From Cirrosporium novae-zelandiae (Eukaryota): 64,000 bases of DNA. The notes under the pieces were generated by a model. The model was not told the DNA's origin. It searched no databases and saw only the letters and a list, made by a program, of their open reading frames with translations. Positions 1 to 12,187 of the stretch are shown in pieces (the stretch's first letter is position 1; every line of letters starts with the position of its first letter). Location of the stretch: the NCBI GenBank assembly GCA_026023565.1, contig JAPETS010000003.1:496001-560000 (forward strand). Reading direction: 5' to 3'. Position numbers and translations under genes: made by a program.

Positions 1-1200
1 TATAGAGAAGTTACCGGATTGCATATTTCTTTCTTTTCTTTTTTCTTTTCGGTCCATCCCACTTTCAAAGTAATGCCCTCACTAACCAAATCGCTAAATT
101 TGAATGATGAACGTCAATATAACGCCCATACAAAACAAAATCCTCCTTTTCATTCCCTAAACTTCCATAATCATCCTTTCACTCCTATCCTTCATGTGCC
201 CCTTTACCCCACGTGGCATGGCACCCCCATCAGGACTCATATATTTACCAACAACCACATCCAACTTCCGAATTCGTTTTTCCCCATGTTATCGAACTAT
301 CTAGAATTCCACAAGGAAAAATCCATTAGCATTTTTTTGACGAGGTTGGGAGGAGAAAAACAAGTTTCATATTACGGATTCTAGATTCCTGGGTTCTTTC
401 GACCCTTTTTTTAGTGGGTGGTGTGGATTCGGGTTTTGCTGAGGGGGGAGGGGGGGGCTTTCTGTTGTGGAGAATAAATAACCAGAGGATCTACCCGCGT
501 TATTCAAATGCACCCACCTACCAACCCTAGCGCAGAACCCAAATTGGTGAAATGATAAGGGCTCCTTGGACGTAGTGTGTGGTACAAGTACCGTTGAACA
601 TTCAAGAGATATTTATTTCTATCGGGATCGCTTTTTTTGTAATGGTAATTGTAATTACAGATGTCTAGAGCTTTTCTAGGATAGAGAAATAATGTCGATA
701 TACCCACTTACTTATACTGTGTATTTGCTGTTGCTGTCACTATCTTTTACCTTCCTGTATATATGATATGGTATATGTATATAGCGATACCAAACGAAAT
801 AATTTCTACAAGTGTAGTACATGTACATATACCCTACAATAACAAGAACACTGATACTATACCAGTTTGTGTGTGTAATAAATCACTAATTAGCCCTCCT
901 GAGTAATCAAGAACCCAACCTAGCACTTATAGCATCCAACATCAACATTTATTTATTTTCATTTTCATTTTATTATTATTACTTTTCCTAATAGAAAAAA
1001 AAAAAAAAGGTTTCAATTAAATTATTATTGGAAATTTGATTTTTGTTTAAAGGCCTTCGGTGTAGTTGCTTTCATTTCTACACCTGTTGAAAGTTATGAA
1101 AGATATACATATACATACATATCAATATCCCCCCCTCACCAACTCTCCACCCCCTCCCCCCTACACTATCGATCCACCCCTAAACCCTCAAAATAAACCA

Positions 1201-1343
1201 ACATACGATCACAAACTTAAGAAAAACCAGCGCATCCTATCTCCATCCGCTCTGCCGTTACATGTTACATAACCTCAAGACCGGCGAGTTACTATAGTAG
1301 TTGGGTCGGTCGGTGATGAGTGGGGAATACTTGCTGTTGTATA
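1201..1343 (+). pseudogene. Degenerate 5S rRNA copy (pseudogene with small insertions)
   Basis: Starts ACATACGATCA, contains TCCGCTCTGCCGT and TAGTAGTTGGGTCGGT, ends GAATACTTGCTGTTGTAT; collinear with filamentous-ascomycete 5S rRNA but ~25 nt too long because of short insertions/duplications; T-run at ~1378-1384 downstream. Confidence 0.8.
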
Positions 1344-1377
1344 TATATATGTATGTATGTATGTATGTATATATGTA
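1340..1377. repeat. (TA)n/(TATG)n microsatellite at the 3' end of the 5S copy
   Basis: tatatatatatgtatgtatgtatgtatgtatatatgta read directly. Confidence 0.85.
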
Positions 1378-2313
1378 TTTTTTTGGTTCTCCTTTTTGGG
1401 ATGTGAGGGGGGGACTGGGTATGGGATAAGACGTAATGAGTCTAAATCTGGTACTGATTAATAATTTAGACTATGTTATGCCTCGGAGGAGGGGGGTAAG
1501 ATATAAGATCTCTGTACTTTTTCCCTGTCAGCTTTAAAGGAGAAGAAAAGGGAAGTCTTCAAAACAAACCTCGTTTTCAACCGTAGATGGGAGATCACGA
1601 AGGCGTATTCTGATTAAAAGAAGAGTGAATATAAAAATTGGAACCAGCATTGTGCATAAAGTACTAAGCATGACATTTCCATGGAAACGAAGCTAGGTTA
1701 ATTAGTAGATTAAGTGCCCTCCCTCTTTGACAAGTCTAAGAATTTTTGGTGCGAGTCCAACTATTGTGACATCTAGCTAAAGGAGCAAACCTGATTGGCG
1801 CGACGAGTGCCACCGATGATAGCAAGAATGTCATCCATCCTGGCGGCCTAGGGAATCCAACAATTCCTTGAGCAGAAAGGATCGCTAAGACAACAGTGTC
1901 TGGATGAGGGTTTCGTAGATACATATATTCTGTTTTACTACTTACTTACCTAATATTTACGGTATGCATGACCCAATCTATTCTAGATAGAAGAGAAAGC
2001 TTCCAATAAAAAGTACCGCCTAGATATAAAACATCAAAGAGGTGGTACAATTGCTAGAGAGATAAAAAAAATAGTGGTATTCGAGCTTGGTTCTATACAG
2101 ACCTTCAGGTACGAATAAAAAATAAAAAAAGCCAGAATAACTAAAAATTATAATAGTAAATAGGGATCAATCGTTGATCAGTAATAAAAAAAACCAATAT
2201 GCGTCCACATATGCTCAAGCTCTGCTTCTTAGGAAATATATATAATGCATTAATGGTTTGAGTAAATACTGAATCCTCAAAAGACCCATCCCATCATAAA
2301 ACCCCACCCCTCC

Positions 2314-5300
2314 CTAATCAGATTCCTGATCGCTGTCGATAATAATCTTTCGGTTTCTCCTAGGCTCTTTTCTGTCAATATCCTTCTCCTTACCCTGATT
2401 CAAATCTCGACCTTTGTTTCTGTCCTTTTTCTCTTCTCTGTTATTATATGCTTTGGCTTTATCTTTTCTCCCCCCCTCCTTGTCGTGTGCTTGGTCTTTG
2501 GCTCGGTCACTATCAATTTTTACCTCTTTACCATGATTTCGGTTGCTAGGCGGCGCCTCGTCGTACGAGTCCAAATCGCTGTCCGAAGAAACCCTTATCG
2601 GTCTCCTCTTAGGTCGAGAATTCTTCGTATCTGACCTTCTGCCTGTCGAGTAATTATCCTGGTCTCGCTCCCCCCTACCTTGACTACGGCCATCCCTTTC
2701 CCCCTTCCACCTATCCGCCCGCCAGAACATTTGTTCTGCTCGATCTGAGTATCCCATCTTAAGCACATTTTGTAGATAGGCGTCAAAATTCGATGATGCA
2801 TTCTCTACAAGTTCAAAATGTCGAGCTCGGAGAACGGCACTTTTGCGCATTAATCGAGTGCTGCCCCTCTTTCTGGTCCCCTCCTTCGCCATCTGAGCTT
2901 CATTTTCTGCTAGCGCAATCGCGATGTGGAATACATTTCGGATCTGCCTACCATTCTATCGTGCTCGCAGTTCGCCGTTGTAGTGCTATTTGGCAAAGTC
3001 CTCGATTTCATCACTTTTAACTCGCATGTTCTTCCGTTTTCCAGTTCGCTCTAGGTTCATCTGGAAGATTTTCATAGTCGATTCATAACCAAGGGGCGGA
3101 TAGTATAAGCTAATGTGGATGCGAGACTTTAAGGCATCATCGATCCGGCCGACACGGTTGGTAGTAAGGAACAAGATCCCCTGGTAGTATTCTAGAACAC
3201 GAAAAAACATTTAACAAGTGTGAATTTACTGTAGTTTCAAAACAGAAATTTAGAGGGTCTGCTCACCTGATACCAGACTATTACGCTTGAAATCATTTCC
3301 TCTCTCACTTAAAACCACATCGGCCTACTCAACGTGAATATAAAGTTCGTTCAAGGAAAAGGGTTTGGATGCTCACCTCGTCGAGAAGCAAGACGCATTT
3401 CCACTTCTGATCCTGAACGAAGATACGTTTAAGCCTGGTCCCAACCTCTTCGGCAGTGATGCCTAAATCTCCACATGTGATAGGGTATAGTGGCTTCCTA
3501 CACAAGTCGGCCACATATTCTGGAAAATGCGAGGGCGGTCAGTTTGTTTTATTCCAAGGCCTTTGGTGGACTTACCGACTGTAAAGGTTTTCCCTACCCC
3601 TGAGGCCCCGTGTAGTAGGATAATAAGGCCCTTGCTTAAAGTAATAAGCAAATCGTTAGTACAGATTGTTGCAATCATAGAATATTAACTCTGAATTGTG
3701 ATACGCATCTTTCCCGCGTACGAGATCAACCTGTAAATCTTCTTGCGAATTTTGCAATTCTCGGTCGCGAAAATAGGCGAGAACCAGAGAACGAACCATT
3801 TCCTTGTGACTATTCGGCAAAACAAGGGAGTCCCAGCCATCAGCATCGTCGTCAACTCTTCAGACGTCCTCCACACTATCTATATGAACTAAAGCTGTAA
3901 ACTATATAAGTTAATATTTGATAAACAATCTAAGGATACAGACGTACCTTATTTTCTATCGTTAAGGACAAAAGCAAAGAGTCGGTTGGGAAAGAGTATC
4001 AGATCTTCTGGAATCTGACTCTGGTCATCATTTAGATAACGAGCCTCTTTTGTTAACAATGGACGGTCTGTAATATAGTCATCCATGCGCCTGTGATCTA
4101 GGTCGATGTTATTGAAGACGTTATCATTTTCACAGCAATTCTTATCATCGCAGCCACCAGCTGAAACCATTTTAACTTCCGCCTTATTGGCAACAGGCGG
4201 AGGATGCAGCCCGAAGTCAAATTTGAATTGCCAATTTTTATCTTTATCTTGTTTTTCCTATAGAACTGCTTGGAAATCGACAATAATTTGACTGTCTATC
4301 TCCTCTTGCTCGTGTAAATTCGGTCCACTATATTGTCGGTATTCCCTGCGTGATACTTCGAGGAACTTTTTACCTTTGGTGAAAAACTTCTTTTTAATTC
4401 CCTCGGGGTCTTTGGTAAATTTTATGGGATAGATAGGTAGAGATGTTACTTCTTTAAGATCGTTATACTTCTGGATCTCAAAAGCCTTTGCGATTGGCCC
4501 GTATCGCATCCCGTCAAAATCCATATAGTAGCAATCGATCACAAAAGGGCTTATTTTCCCTGGAATCCTGTAAGCCTTGTTGAAGGATTCATTGTTAGCG
4601 CCATCCCTGTCTTTATCACTACCATTGTTTTCGCTTCCTTCTGGAGGACTAAGATAATGTCAACCTCCAGTAGCATGAAGAACTCGATAAGCATTAAGCG
4701 GCTTTTGAGATGTGATAACTCCTTCTCCAGGCTTGAAGATATGCCAGAGGTCCTAGAAATATAGCTTACTCGGAGAACCATTCTTGAAGTGGCTCAAGAC
4801 TTTCAAATCATTATCTATAAATTCAATCAAACAGCTTAATTCTTTATACGCCTGTTCAGTCCCGTAGTTATCTAGCAAGTCCTCACTGTCATCATCGGCA
4901 ATTTCTTGTGTTCCATCTCCTAAGCTAGGAGGTTGCGAATTGTCGGCGACAATCTCCCCGGCGCTGGTTGTGTTGGGACTCTCTTCGCTATTAGATTCTT
5001 CCATTTGATCTGGTGAGGATATATGTATAGCCTTAAACTTTTCCTTTAGTTGGCTGTAAATACGTCGTATTTGATCGTTGCGATGTACGAGTAACTTGAA
5101 TGACCTCAATAGCACTACGGGCTCTTTTTTAGGAGAAAGTTGGACGTCCAGCATCTTCTCAAGAAGGATGATTAAAGGCACCCCGTTAACTCGCAAACGA
5201 CTGGGCATTGAAGTATAAGAATCACGAGCAACTTTATAATAATCATTGGGAAACATTGACGTCGTTGATTGCTTCGATTCTTTAGGTTCCCTTTGATCTT

Positions 5301-6296
5301 TTGCGTCTTTTTGGTCCTGGAATTCCACAAAGGCTGCGAGAGATTCATAACGACGGAGGACGTCCAAGTCCTTCAGATGTTTAGGGGCAGTTCTCGCAAA
5401 TTGGGCTTTCCATATTTTGTAAGGGATCGCCGGGTCTCCAATTAAAATATCTAGGGTGGATTCTTCGTTGATAACCCTATGTGATGTATATTTTCGCTCG
5501 AAGTCTAGCCAGGTCTTCCTGTTTAATATTCGTATCGTGTATTCCGGCTCGGGTTCCGGTGCAGATTCTGGCTCAGAGGCGGAGTCGGAGTCGGAGATGA
5601 AGTTGTTGGAGTCAGAATCGGACTCGAGGTGTGAGTGCATTGGATTTGACTTGATGAAGGGGAACTTGTTCAAGTATTTTTTGTTCTCATATCCAGGGCT
5701 TTCTTCGAGATCGGTAAGTCTTAGCACTTGTTAATGTGACGGATAACTTCATTAACAGGGGCATAACCTCACCCGTCCTCAATTAACTGGAGGTATGATT
5801 GAAATAGGAATGATAGCTGCTGGCAATTCTCTATTCTCCATTTCAGAGGCCTGCGTCGGTCATGGTGGAAAATCCTTTCCTGTAGATATTTTATTCTATC
5901 GGAGGTCGCTATCGGACGAGATAATAGTGAATTCTTGGTGTTCTCTAATAACTCAGAAAACAATCGGCGAAATTCAGTATCATCCAGTGTCAACGGCCTG
6001 CCTTCCGCATCATGGAATTCTTGTGGGATCGGTTGTGTCAATGATGGACCCTGAGTTTCCGTGCCCGATACCGGAGGTGCTTGAGCATTCGATTGGGATG
6101 TATTGGGGGTGAGGCTTAACTTGTCCCCAGTATTGGACACATTATCAAATCCAGTTTCAGAATAACATCTATTGGAGTTTGGAGTACTATGGCGAATATG
6201 GTCGTTTTGACCTTCCATAAGGGCTCGAGACAAATCATTAGGTATGAGTGATGGTCTGTCCTGGCTTGCCATTGGTTCAGTTTGCTTGCAGATCAT
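2314..6296 (-). pseudogene. Multi-exon fungal AAA+ ATPase, nonsense-disrupted
   Basis: Walker A HGASGVGKT, Walker B VLLLDE, LEYYQGILFLTTNR, SRIH and (W)NGRQIRN motifs spread over ORF fragments; in-frame TAG stops at 4753-4755, 2986-2988 and 2956-2958 (the last replaces the W of WNGRQIRN). Confidence 0.85.
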
Positions 6297-7059
6297 TCAA
6301 ATTGAGGTCGTCACAACTATATAAGGCGTTGCTATACACACTGTTAGCGAGTGTAACCGTATCGACAATCAAGCATTATAAAAACTCCAGCCGACTATTC
6401 TAGTCAGGTGAAGAGGCTCTTACAACCGGATGTCGGTAAGTTGAAGGTGCCCGAGGCTCCCCTCCGTGGACAACTAATTGGTAGGAGTGGAGAAGGTCAG
6501 GCCCTTTTTAAGAGCTGACAAGCGCTGACAAACGTCCGGCTGTAAGGCTGTGAAGCTGTTAGTTGGCAAACATGCATAAGCCGTGGTTTCATTGATCAGC
6601 CAAAGAATTTCCATCTGCTTCTATCGCCGAAGTTGGCAGCCTCGTAGTTTGTATATCTCATTATTTCCTATGCTTGGTGTGGTGATTGGACACTGGAAGA
6701 GCCTCCAAATATCGATATATTCGCTTATTGTCCACTGCCTGGTCTCTAACCCGTCTGTTCCCTGCAAAAGAAGCCTCTATTCTGTATGTGGATCACTATC
6801 CAGCCTCGTTTTGGAATTATTGAGAGCATTGCAGCTCCAGATAATGGAAACTGTGTCCGCTTCCAATAATGGCCCTAGAAAAAGCTTTAGGCATAATCAG
6901 GATTAACTATTTATGACCTCACATACTATCTGTAATTCTATGAAATGGATTGTTTTTCCTCTTGTCGCCTCGCCCTGCTAGAGAAGGGATTACGGGACCC
7001 ATTTTAATACTCAGAGGTCTTTTCAATATCCAAGCCTATATCGTTCCTAGTTGAAATCC

Positions 7060-9030
7060 ATGACCAGTATACACGGGCATTTGAAAATGTTACCATTAAG
7101 AAATAACGCAGCGGATTTCAGCCTTACTGAACCGCACCCACGAGGGCTCGAAGTTGATTTCATCGACCAACAGCTACTCAAACTCGTTCCTGAAATTAGT
7201 AAGCTTGAGCCCTATAAGAACAAATCCGGACAATTCAAGAAGATAGATGATGAGCAAGCGATGTGAGTAGTGCTCTGGCAGGTGAATTAACACATTGTTG
7301 AAATACTATCTTTCAGGGATTCTCAAAATATTGCCGACGACACAAAGGCTCATTTCATCCAAATACTAAATGCCTATGACGCCGAGTACGACAAAAAGCA
7401 GAACCAAAAGCAAAATAAGCGTGGTAAATGATCTCAGATCAGTAGAGTGCGTGCAAATATCTCGCAAACACACAACTGGGAGGAGGTATTCCAAGAACTC
7501 GAAAGGGCCCAAAACGAATATAACAATCCGACAGGCCTAGAGAAAGTTCGAAAATTCTTCAGAAAGGTCGGAGATAACCACAAGGCTATTATGCCCCTGG
7601 TCGAGTTCATCCCTATAGGGAATTACACTTCGGTACTCTGCGGAGGTCTTAAGTTTATTCTTGGCGTATGCATACATTTGATCTATGAGTAGGTTTACTC
7701 ATGTGTAGGATAGGCTTACTGGGCAGCGGAAGAGGGCCGAGATGAAATATTCGATCTTATTAACGAGTTACCCGAGAAGGTTCAAGAGTCTAATGAATAT
7801 CTTCAACTCTACTACACCAACACGGAGCTAAGAGTCACAACCCAAAAGCTATATCATAAGATCCTAGTTGCCATTGAAGGAATAATAGAATGGCTGACAA
7901 GGAAAGGCATTTGTATGGTTAGCCTAAATCCTATTATTTCCTCTCAGTAGTATTTACGATCTAAAGTCTAGTTCCTAAAGCCCCTCCTTAAACAGGGCCA
8001 ATATCAATCTCTTCATGAAAGGATCGAAGATGTCAAGAAGTCATCAGCAGCTCTAAAGAGTACCATTAAGCTATGCCAACACAAAAGATTAGATGCGATT
8101 CATCGTACTATAGTCGGTATGCAGACTGCTATGGCGGATACTATAGGTGAACAGACGGATACCGCTAAAATTCTGAATCGTTTTCTAAAATTTTTGCGCG
8201 CTCAGAGTCAGCAGGCCCCGTGTCAGTATTCCTTATACTAAGTTAGTTGACAAGGGCAGTCTACCTGACTTTAACCAGGGTTTCAGAATGTCGTCATGGA
8301 AATTTTAAGAAGTCTTCAGGAACATAGCCACTCTGGGTCCAGAAAGGAAGCATACATTTCGAAGGCAGAGTTGCTTCGCCTCTTAGCAGAAACCATAAAG
8401 GACCCCAAAGATGACACGGATAGAATCCTATGCACCGGGCGGGCGATGAGCATGAAATCACAAAGTCAGGCTGAATGGTTCATGGCTTGTGATGAAATGG
8501 GCAAATGGTTCCGGTCAACAGATTCGCGAGCCCTCCTCGTCAATGCTAATTCATCCTTGGAAAGGATATCTTCAGTCTCTTTCTTCTGCGCGATGCTTAT
8601 ACAAAGTATCCAATTTCTGAAGTCCATTCTTGTAGCTAGTCACTTCTGCGGCCTTCACCTGGATTTTGAGGATGAGCTTGCGGGAGGTTACGGACTCCTC
8701 AAGCATCTAACTACTCAACTCGTTGAACAGTGGTGTTTTGGTGACCTCTCCTGCCTTGACCGAGATCTTGTTGATGACCTTCGCTACGAAAGCCAGCATC
8801 AACACATCAGCCTCCGTGCTCTTGGACATCTCTTCCGCACTCTAGTGATCAGCCTCCCACCTAAAACCCCCCTTTTTGTCATAATTGATGGGATATCTTT
8901 CTATGAGACACATGAACGACGTCATCTCTTGGCTTCACCATCTTGTCGGAGACCCCAAAGTCGAAGTACTAGTCAAGGTTCTTGTCACAAGCCCAAATCG
9001 GGCGTTAGGTATCACAAGCCAGTTTTATAA
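7060..9030 (+). pseudogene. Degenerate NACHT/STAND-like protein, disrupted and 3'-truncated; divergent from the AAA gene
   Basis: Spliced exons with YTSVLCGGLKFILG, ALLVNAN..RISSVSFFCAML, HFCGLH and Walker-B-like LFVIIDGISFYE; in-frame TGA at 7429-7431; similarity breaks down after ~8920. Confidence 0.65.
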
Positions 9031-9533
9031 CGATAAAGTAGTGGTGCCGTCAAGAGGATGTTGAACTAATAATAACCTAGTCGGAAATCATATACCCGAA
9101 TCCCCGAATCCCCCCGACTGTCCGACACTAGGCACGTGCCGGGCTCACAACAGCGCGTCGAGGCCAAAACTTAGCGGTGGTCAAAGCGGGTAATGGGTCT
9201 AGCTAAGGGGAAGATCGTGGAGGTGGTGGCCCCGACAGATGCACCCCCGTGAAGATCATCATCATCGTCGTCGCCCACTTTCAACCTCACCAGCGCATAA
9301 CGGAATATCGCTCGAATAGCCAAATCACAAGAGCCTTCGTAAGACTTATTGTTGCTGCCATCGTCGCTATCGCTGCTCCCCGAGATAAATATCGAAAATT
9401 ATACAAAACTCACCTTGGTGGATTTTTAGGCAACCTCTTGAGCATCCATTATTGTTCTATATCTCCTTGGTTTATCTTGCCTTCGTTTGATACCCGAGTG
9501 ATAATCCCGATTAATTTTAATTCTAACGTGAAG

Positions 9534-10790
9534 ATGGCGCAGAACACCACCCCTGAATCCCAAAAAAAAATCGTCATCCTTGGCGGTTCCTACGGCGGCG
9601 TATCCACTGCCCACTATCTCCTCAAACATGCTGTCCCCCACCTGCCCGATCAAGCGTCGTACCAGGTCATCCTTGCCAGCGCCTCGTCGAAGGCCATGTG
9701 TCGACCCGCCTGCCCTCGTGCGCTGATATCGGACGACATGTTCCCACAAGAAAAGCTCTTCGTCAATATCCCAAAACAGTTTGAGCAGTACCCCGAGGGC
9801 AGCTTCCGTTTCATTCATAGCACAGTAACAGAGCTTGACCACACCAACCAAACTGTCTCTATCAATTTAGCAATCGGCAGTACTGAGAAGATCGATTTCC
9901 ACGCTCTCGTCATCGCTACAGGCACGTCTACGCCTTCTCCCCTACTTGGTCTAAATCAGGACGACGAATCCCTACGAAAAAACTGGACCGCATTCCGGGA
10001 AGCATTGCCGACTGCCAAGAGCATCGTCATTGCCGGCGGGGGTCCTGCAGGTATCGAGACAGCCGGTGAGCTAGGCGAATTCCTTAATGGCCGCGCCGGT
10101 TGGTTCAGCTCGAAGTTAGAGAATCCCAAGATCCCTATTACTGTCGTGAGCGGTAGCTCAAATATTCTGCCCGCACTCCGACCCGTGATCGCGAAGAGAG
10201 CCGAGGAATATCTCGCCAAAGTCGGCGTGACTGTCGTCAAAAACGCCCGAGTTAAGGCGGTGGCGCCAGATGGCGCAGGGACAAACAGCATCACGACCAA
10301 GGCAACACTTACACTCGAGGATGGGAAGACACTAGATGCCGACCTCTACATCCCCGCGACCGGCACGAGACCAAACACAAGTTTCATCCACAAAACGCTC
10401 CTAACCGCAGACGGCCATGTCGACACCAACCCCTCAACCTTGCGTGTCGACAAGGCCGGACCCCGCGTCTACGCCGTCGGCGATGCAGCCTCATATTCAC
10501 GACCAGCAATCCATCTCATCCTCAGCGCCATCCCCGTCCTCTGCGCAAACATCAAGCGCGACTTGCTGCTAGCTTCTGGAAAGGACGAGAGCTCTATCGG
10601 CGAGGACCGGGTCTTCAAGGAGGATACTCGCGAAACGCAAATGGTGCCGATTGGAAAGAGCAAGGGGGTTGGCGCGGCGACGGGGTATCAGTTGCCTAGC
10701 TTCCTGGTGTGGTTGATCAAGGGGCGGGATTACTGGCTGTGGACGACGGGGGGTCTATGGAGTGGGAAACAGTGGGCCAAGGAATCGTGA
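9534..10790 (+). CDS. AIF/AMID-like FAD-dependent pyridine nucleotide-disulfide oxidoreductase, intronless
   Basis: IVILGGSYGG FAD-binding motif, LVIATG, IVIAGGGPAGIETAGE NAD(P)H-binding motif, VYAVGD; likely ATG at 9534. Confidence 0.9.
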   Translation: MAQNTTPESQKKIVILGGSYGGVSTAHYLLKHAVPHLPDQASYQVILASASSKAMCRPACPRALISDDMFPQEKLFVNIPKQFEQYPEGSFRFIHSTVTELDHTNQTVSINLAIGSTEKIDFHALVIATGTSTPSPLLGLNQDDESLRKNWTAFREALPTAKSIVIAGGGPAGIETAGELGEFLNGRAGWFSSKLENPKIPITVVSGSSNILPALRPVIAKRAEEYLAKVGVTVVKNARVKAVAPDGAGTNSITTKATLTLEDGKTLDADLYIPATGTRPNTSFIHKTLLTADGHVDTNPSTLRVDKAGPRVYAVGDAASYSRPAIHLILSAIPVLCANIKRDLLLASGKDESSIGEDRVFKEDTRETQMVPIGKSKGVGAATGYQLPSFLVWLIKGRDYWLWTTGGLWSGKQWAKES

Positions 10791-11447
10791 TGAGAATGGT
10801 TTTTTGAAAAAGTTTTAAAGCTATTTTGAGGTAGGGAGATAGATGTGTAGGTCCTAACAGCTTCAACCAGGTTGGTAGATCTGCTAGATGCCATCCAGCT
10901 CGGCACGCCACCAGACACGAGATGCTGCAATCTCAAATGAGAAACGAGCTCCAACGCTCGATAGTCGAGCACAGGCTTCCTGGGATCGCCTTAGCTTTCC
11001 CATTCTCTCTCTCTATATATTTTACCGAGCTTTAGGTTAGCGGTATTTCTTTTTTTCATATCATTCTTTTAGCAACGTAAGTAGTAACAATAAACCACAA
11101 AGCAAAGAACAAACAACACTTTATTAAATATCAATTTGATCTTCCGGATCATCGCCATCTATTCATGTATCTATCGCAATTCTTATCGAGAGATCACCCC
11201 TGACTAAATCCGCTAGTCGTCACCACCCTACCCTCCTCAAGATCATTGCTATTATATTAGTGTAAACATAGTGTGGCTGGCCGCAGTTTAAGGTAGTGTT
11301 AAGTTGAGATTTTTGGGACACTACTAATTATAACACTGAAGTATAAACACTAATTATACTACACTACACTATTATCCGTGCGTATAGTATCTATCTACAT
11401 AAGCCTTAACATAATTACTGTAGACTTCAAACTAAATAATCTTTGGC

Positions 11448-11823
11448 TTACTGTAAAATATACTCGAGATCACCATAGTGGATCATATCTTTGTTACTTT
11501 TCGTGGTTGAATCTTTGTGTGAGGGAATACCCGGAGGCAGCAATTGACTCCTAACGAGTGATGCTGACGTTAAGAAGCTCAAACTACAGGAGTCATTGCG
11601 TCGGGGACAATTTCCACAACGAGGCCGCTTTTCATCGCACTTGACTGACTGTCAGCGATTCCATGCCAGGGTTAAGGGTAAGCAGATTTGGGAGCATTCA
11701 ATCGATGGCTATTGTATCACACGGGATACGAAGTAAAACTCAGCGACCCACCTTAATATACCGTTCTTTGCATTTCTTGCAACCTGCTCGGGATTTAGTG
11801 TGAGGTAGACGAGTAAAGCTCAT
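11448..11823 (-). pseudogene. Truncated Zn2Cys6 transcription factor (Upc2/Ecm22-like N-terminus)
   Basis: Exon 1 MSFTRLPHTKSRAGCKKCKERYIK, intron, exon 2 CDEKRPRCGNCPRRNDSC...DLE then stop running into AT-rich DNA; no C-terminal domain. Confidence 0.75.
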
Positions 11824-11949
11824 TTTTAACGAGAGAAGAAGGTGATTACAAAGGAGGGGCTGCTCACTCAGGCTTTTGGATGTTGTTGATTTAAGCTTAG
11901 CTTCGTCGAACTTAATATGAATTCTAGCAGCCAATCAATCCGTGTGTGG

Positions 11950-12010
11950 TACGAGATCTGATACGAGCTTAAGCTATTTTTGGGATTTACGAGATCGAAT
12001 ACGAGCCTAA
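11950..12010. promoter_or_regulatory. 23-bp direct repeat with four TACGAG (CTCGTA) cores in a divergent promoter
   Basis: tacgagatctgatacgagcttaa (11950-11972) and tacgagatcgaatacgagcctaa (11988-12010). Confidence 0.5.
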
Positions 12011-12187
12011 CGTCTTTTAGAACCAGTATTAGGGATAAGAGCACCAAGTCCTGAAAGCGTAATCTTCCAATTGAATGAGCCCCTTTATTTGATACATTTC
12101 CACTGAGTAGTTATAGCTCCATACAGGGACAAATCGGAAATTTTAGTAGTACTAGAATAGGTCACAGAGGAATGGGCCCCTACGCTA

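Noticed and set aside
19..1924. Short ORFs 19-384, 504-707, 1066-1272 and 1736-1924
   Set aside because: Low-complexity or non-ATG ORFs with no recognisable motifs; 1066-1272 overlaps the 5S relic
2314..2892. Stand-alone 192-aa charged protein
   Set aside because: It is the in-frame C-terminal tail of the AAA+ pseudogene after the nonsense codons
9249..9533. N-terminal extension of the 513-aa ORF
   Set aside because: Begins at GTG; family similarity starts just after the ATG at 9534
11255..11420. AT-rich stretch with ACACTAC/GTAGTGT motifs, echoed at ~34580-34660
   Set aside because: May be a decayed transposon end but no TIR pair or TSD could be defined
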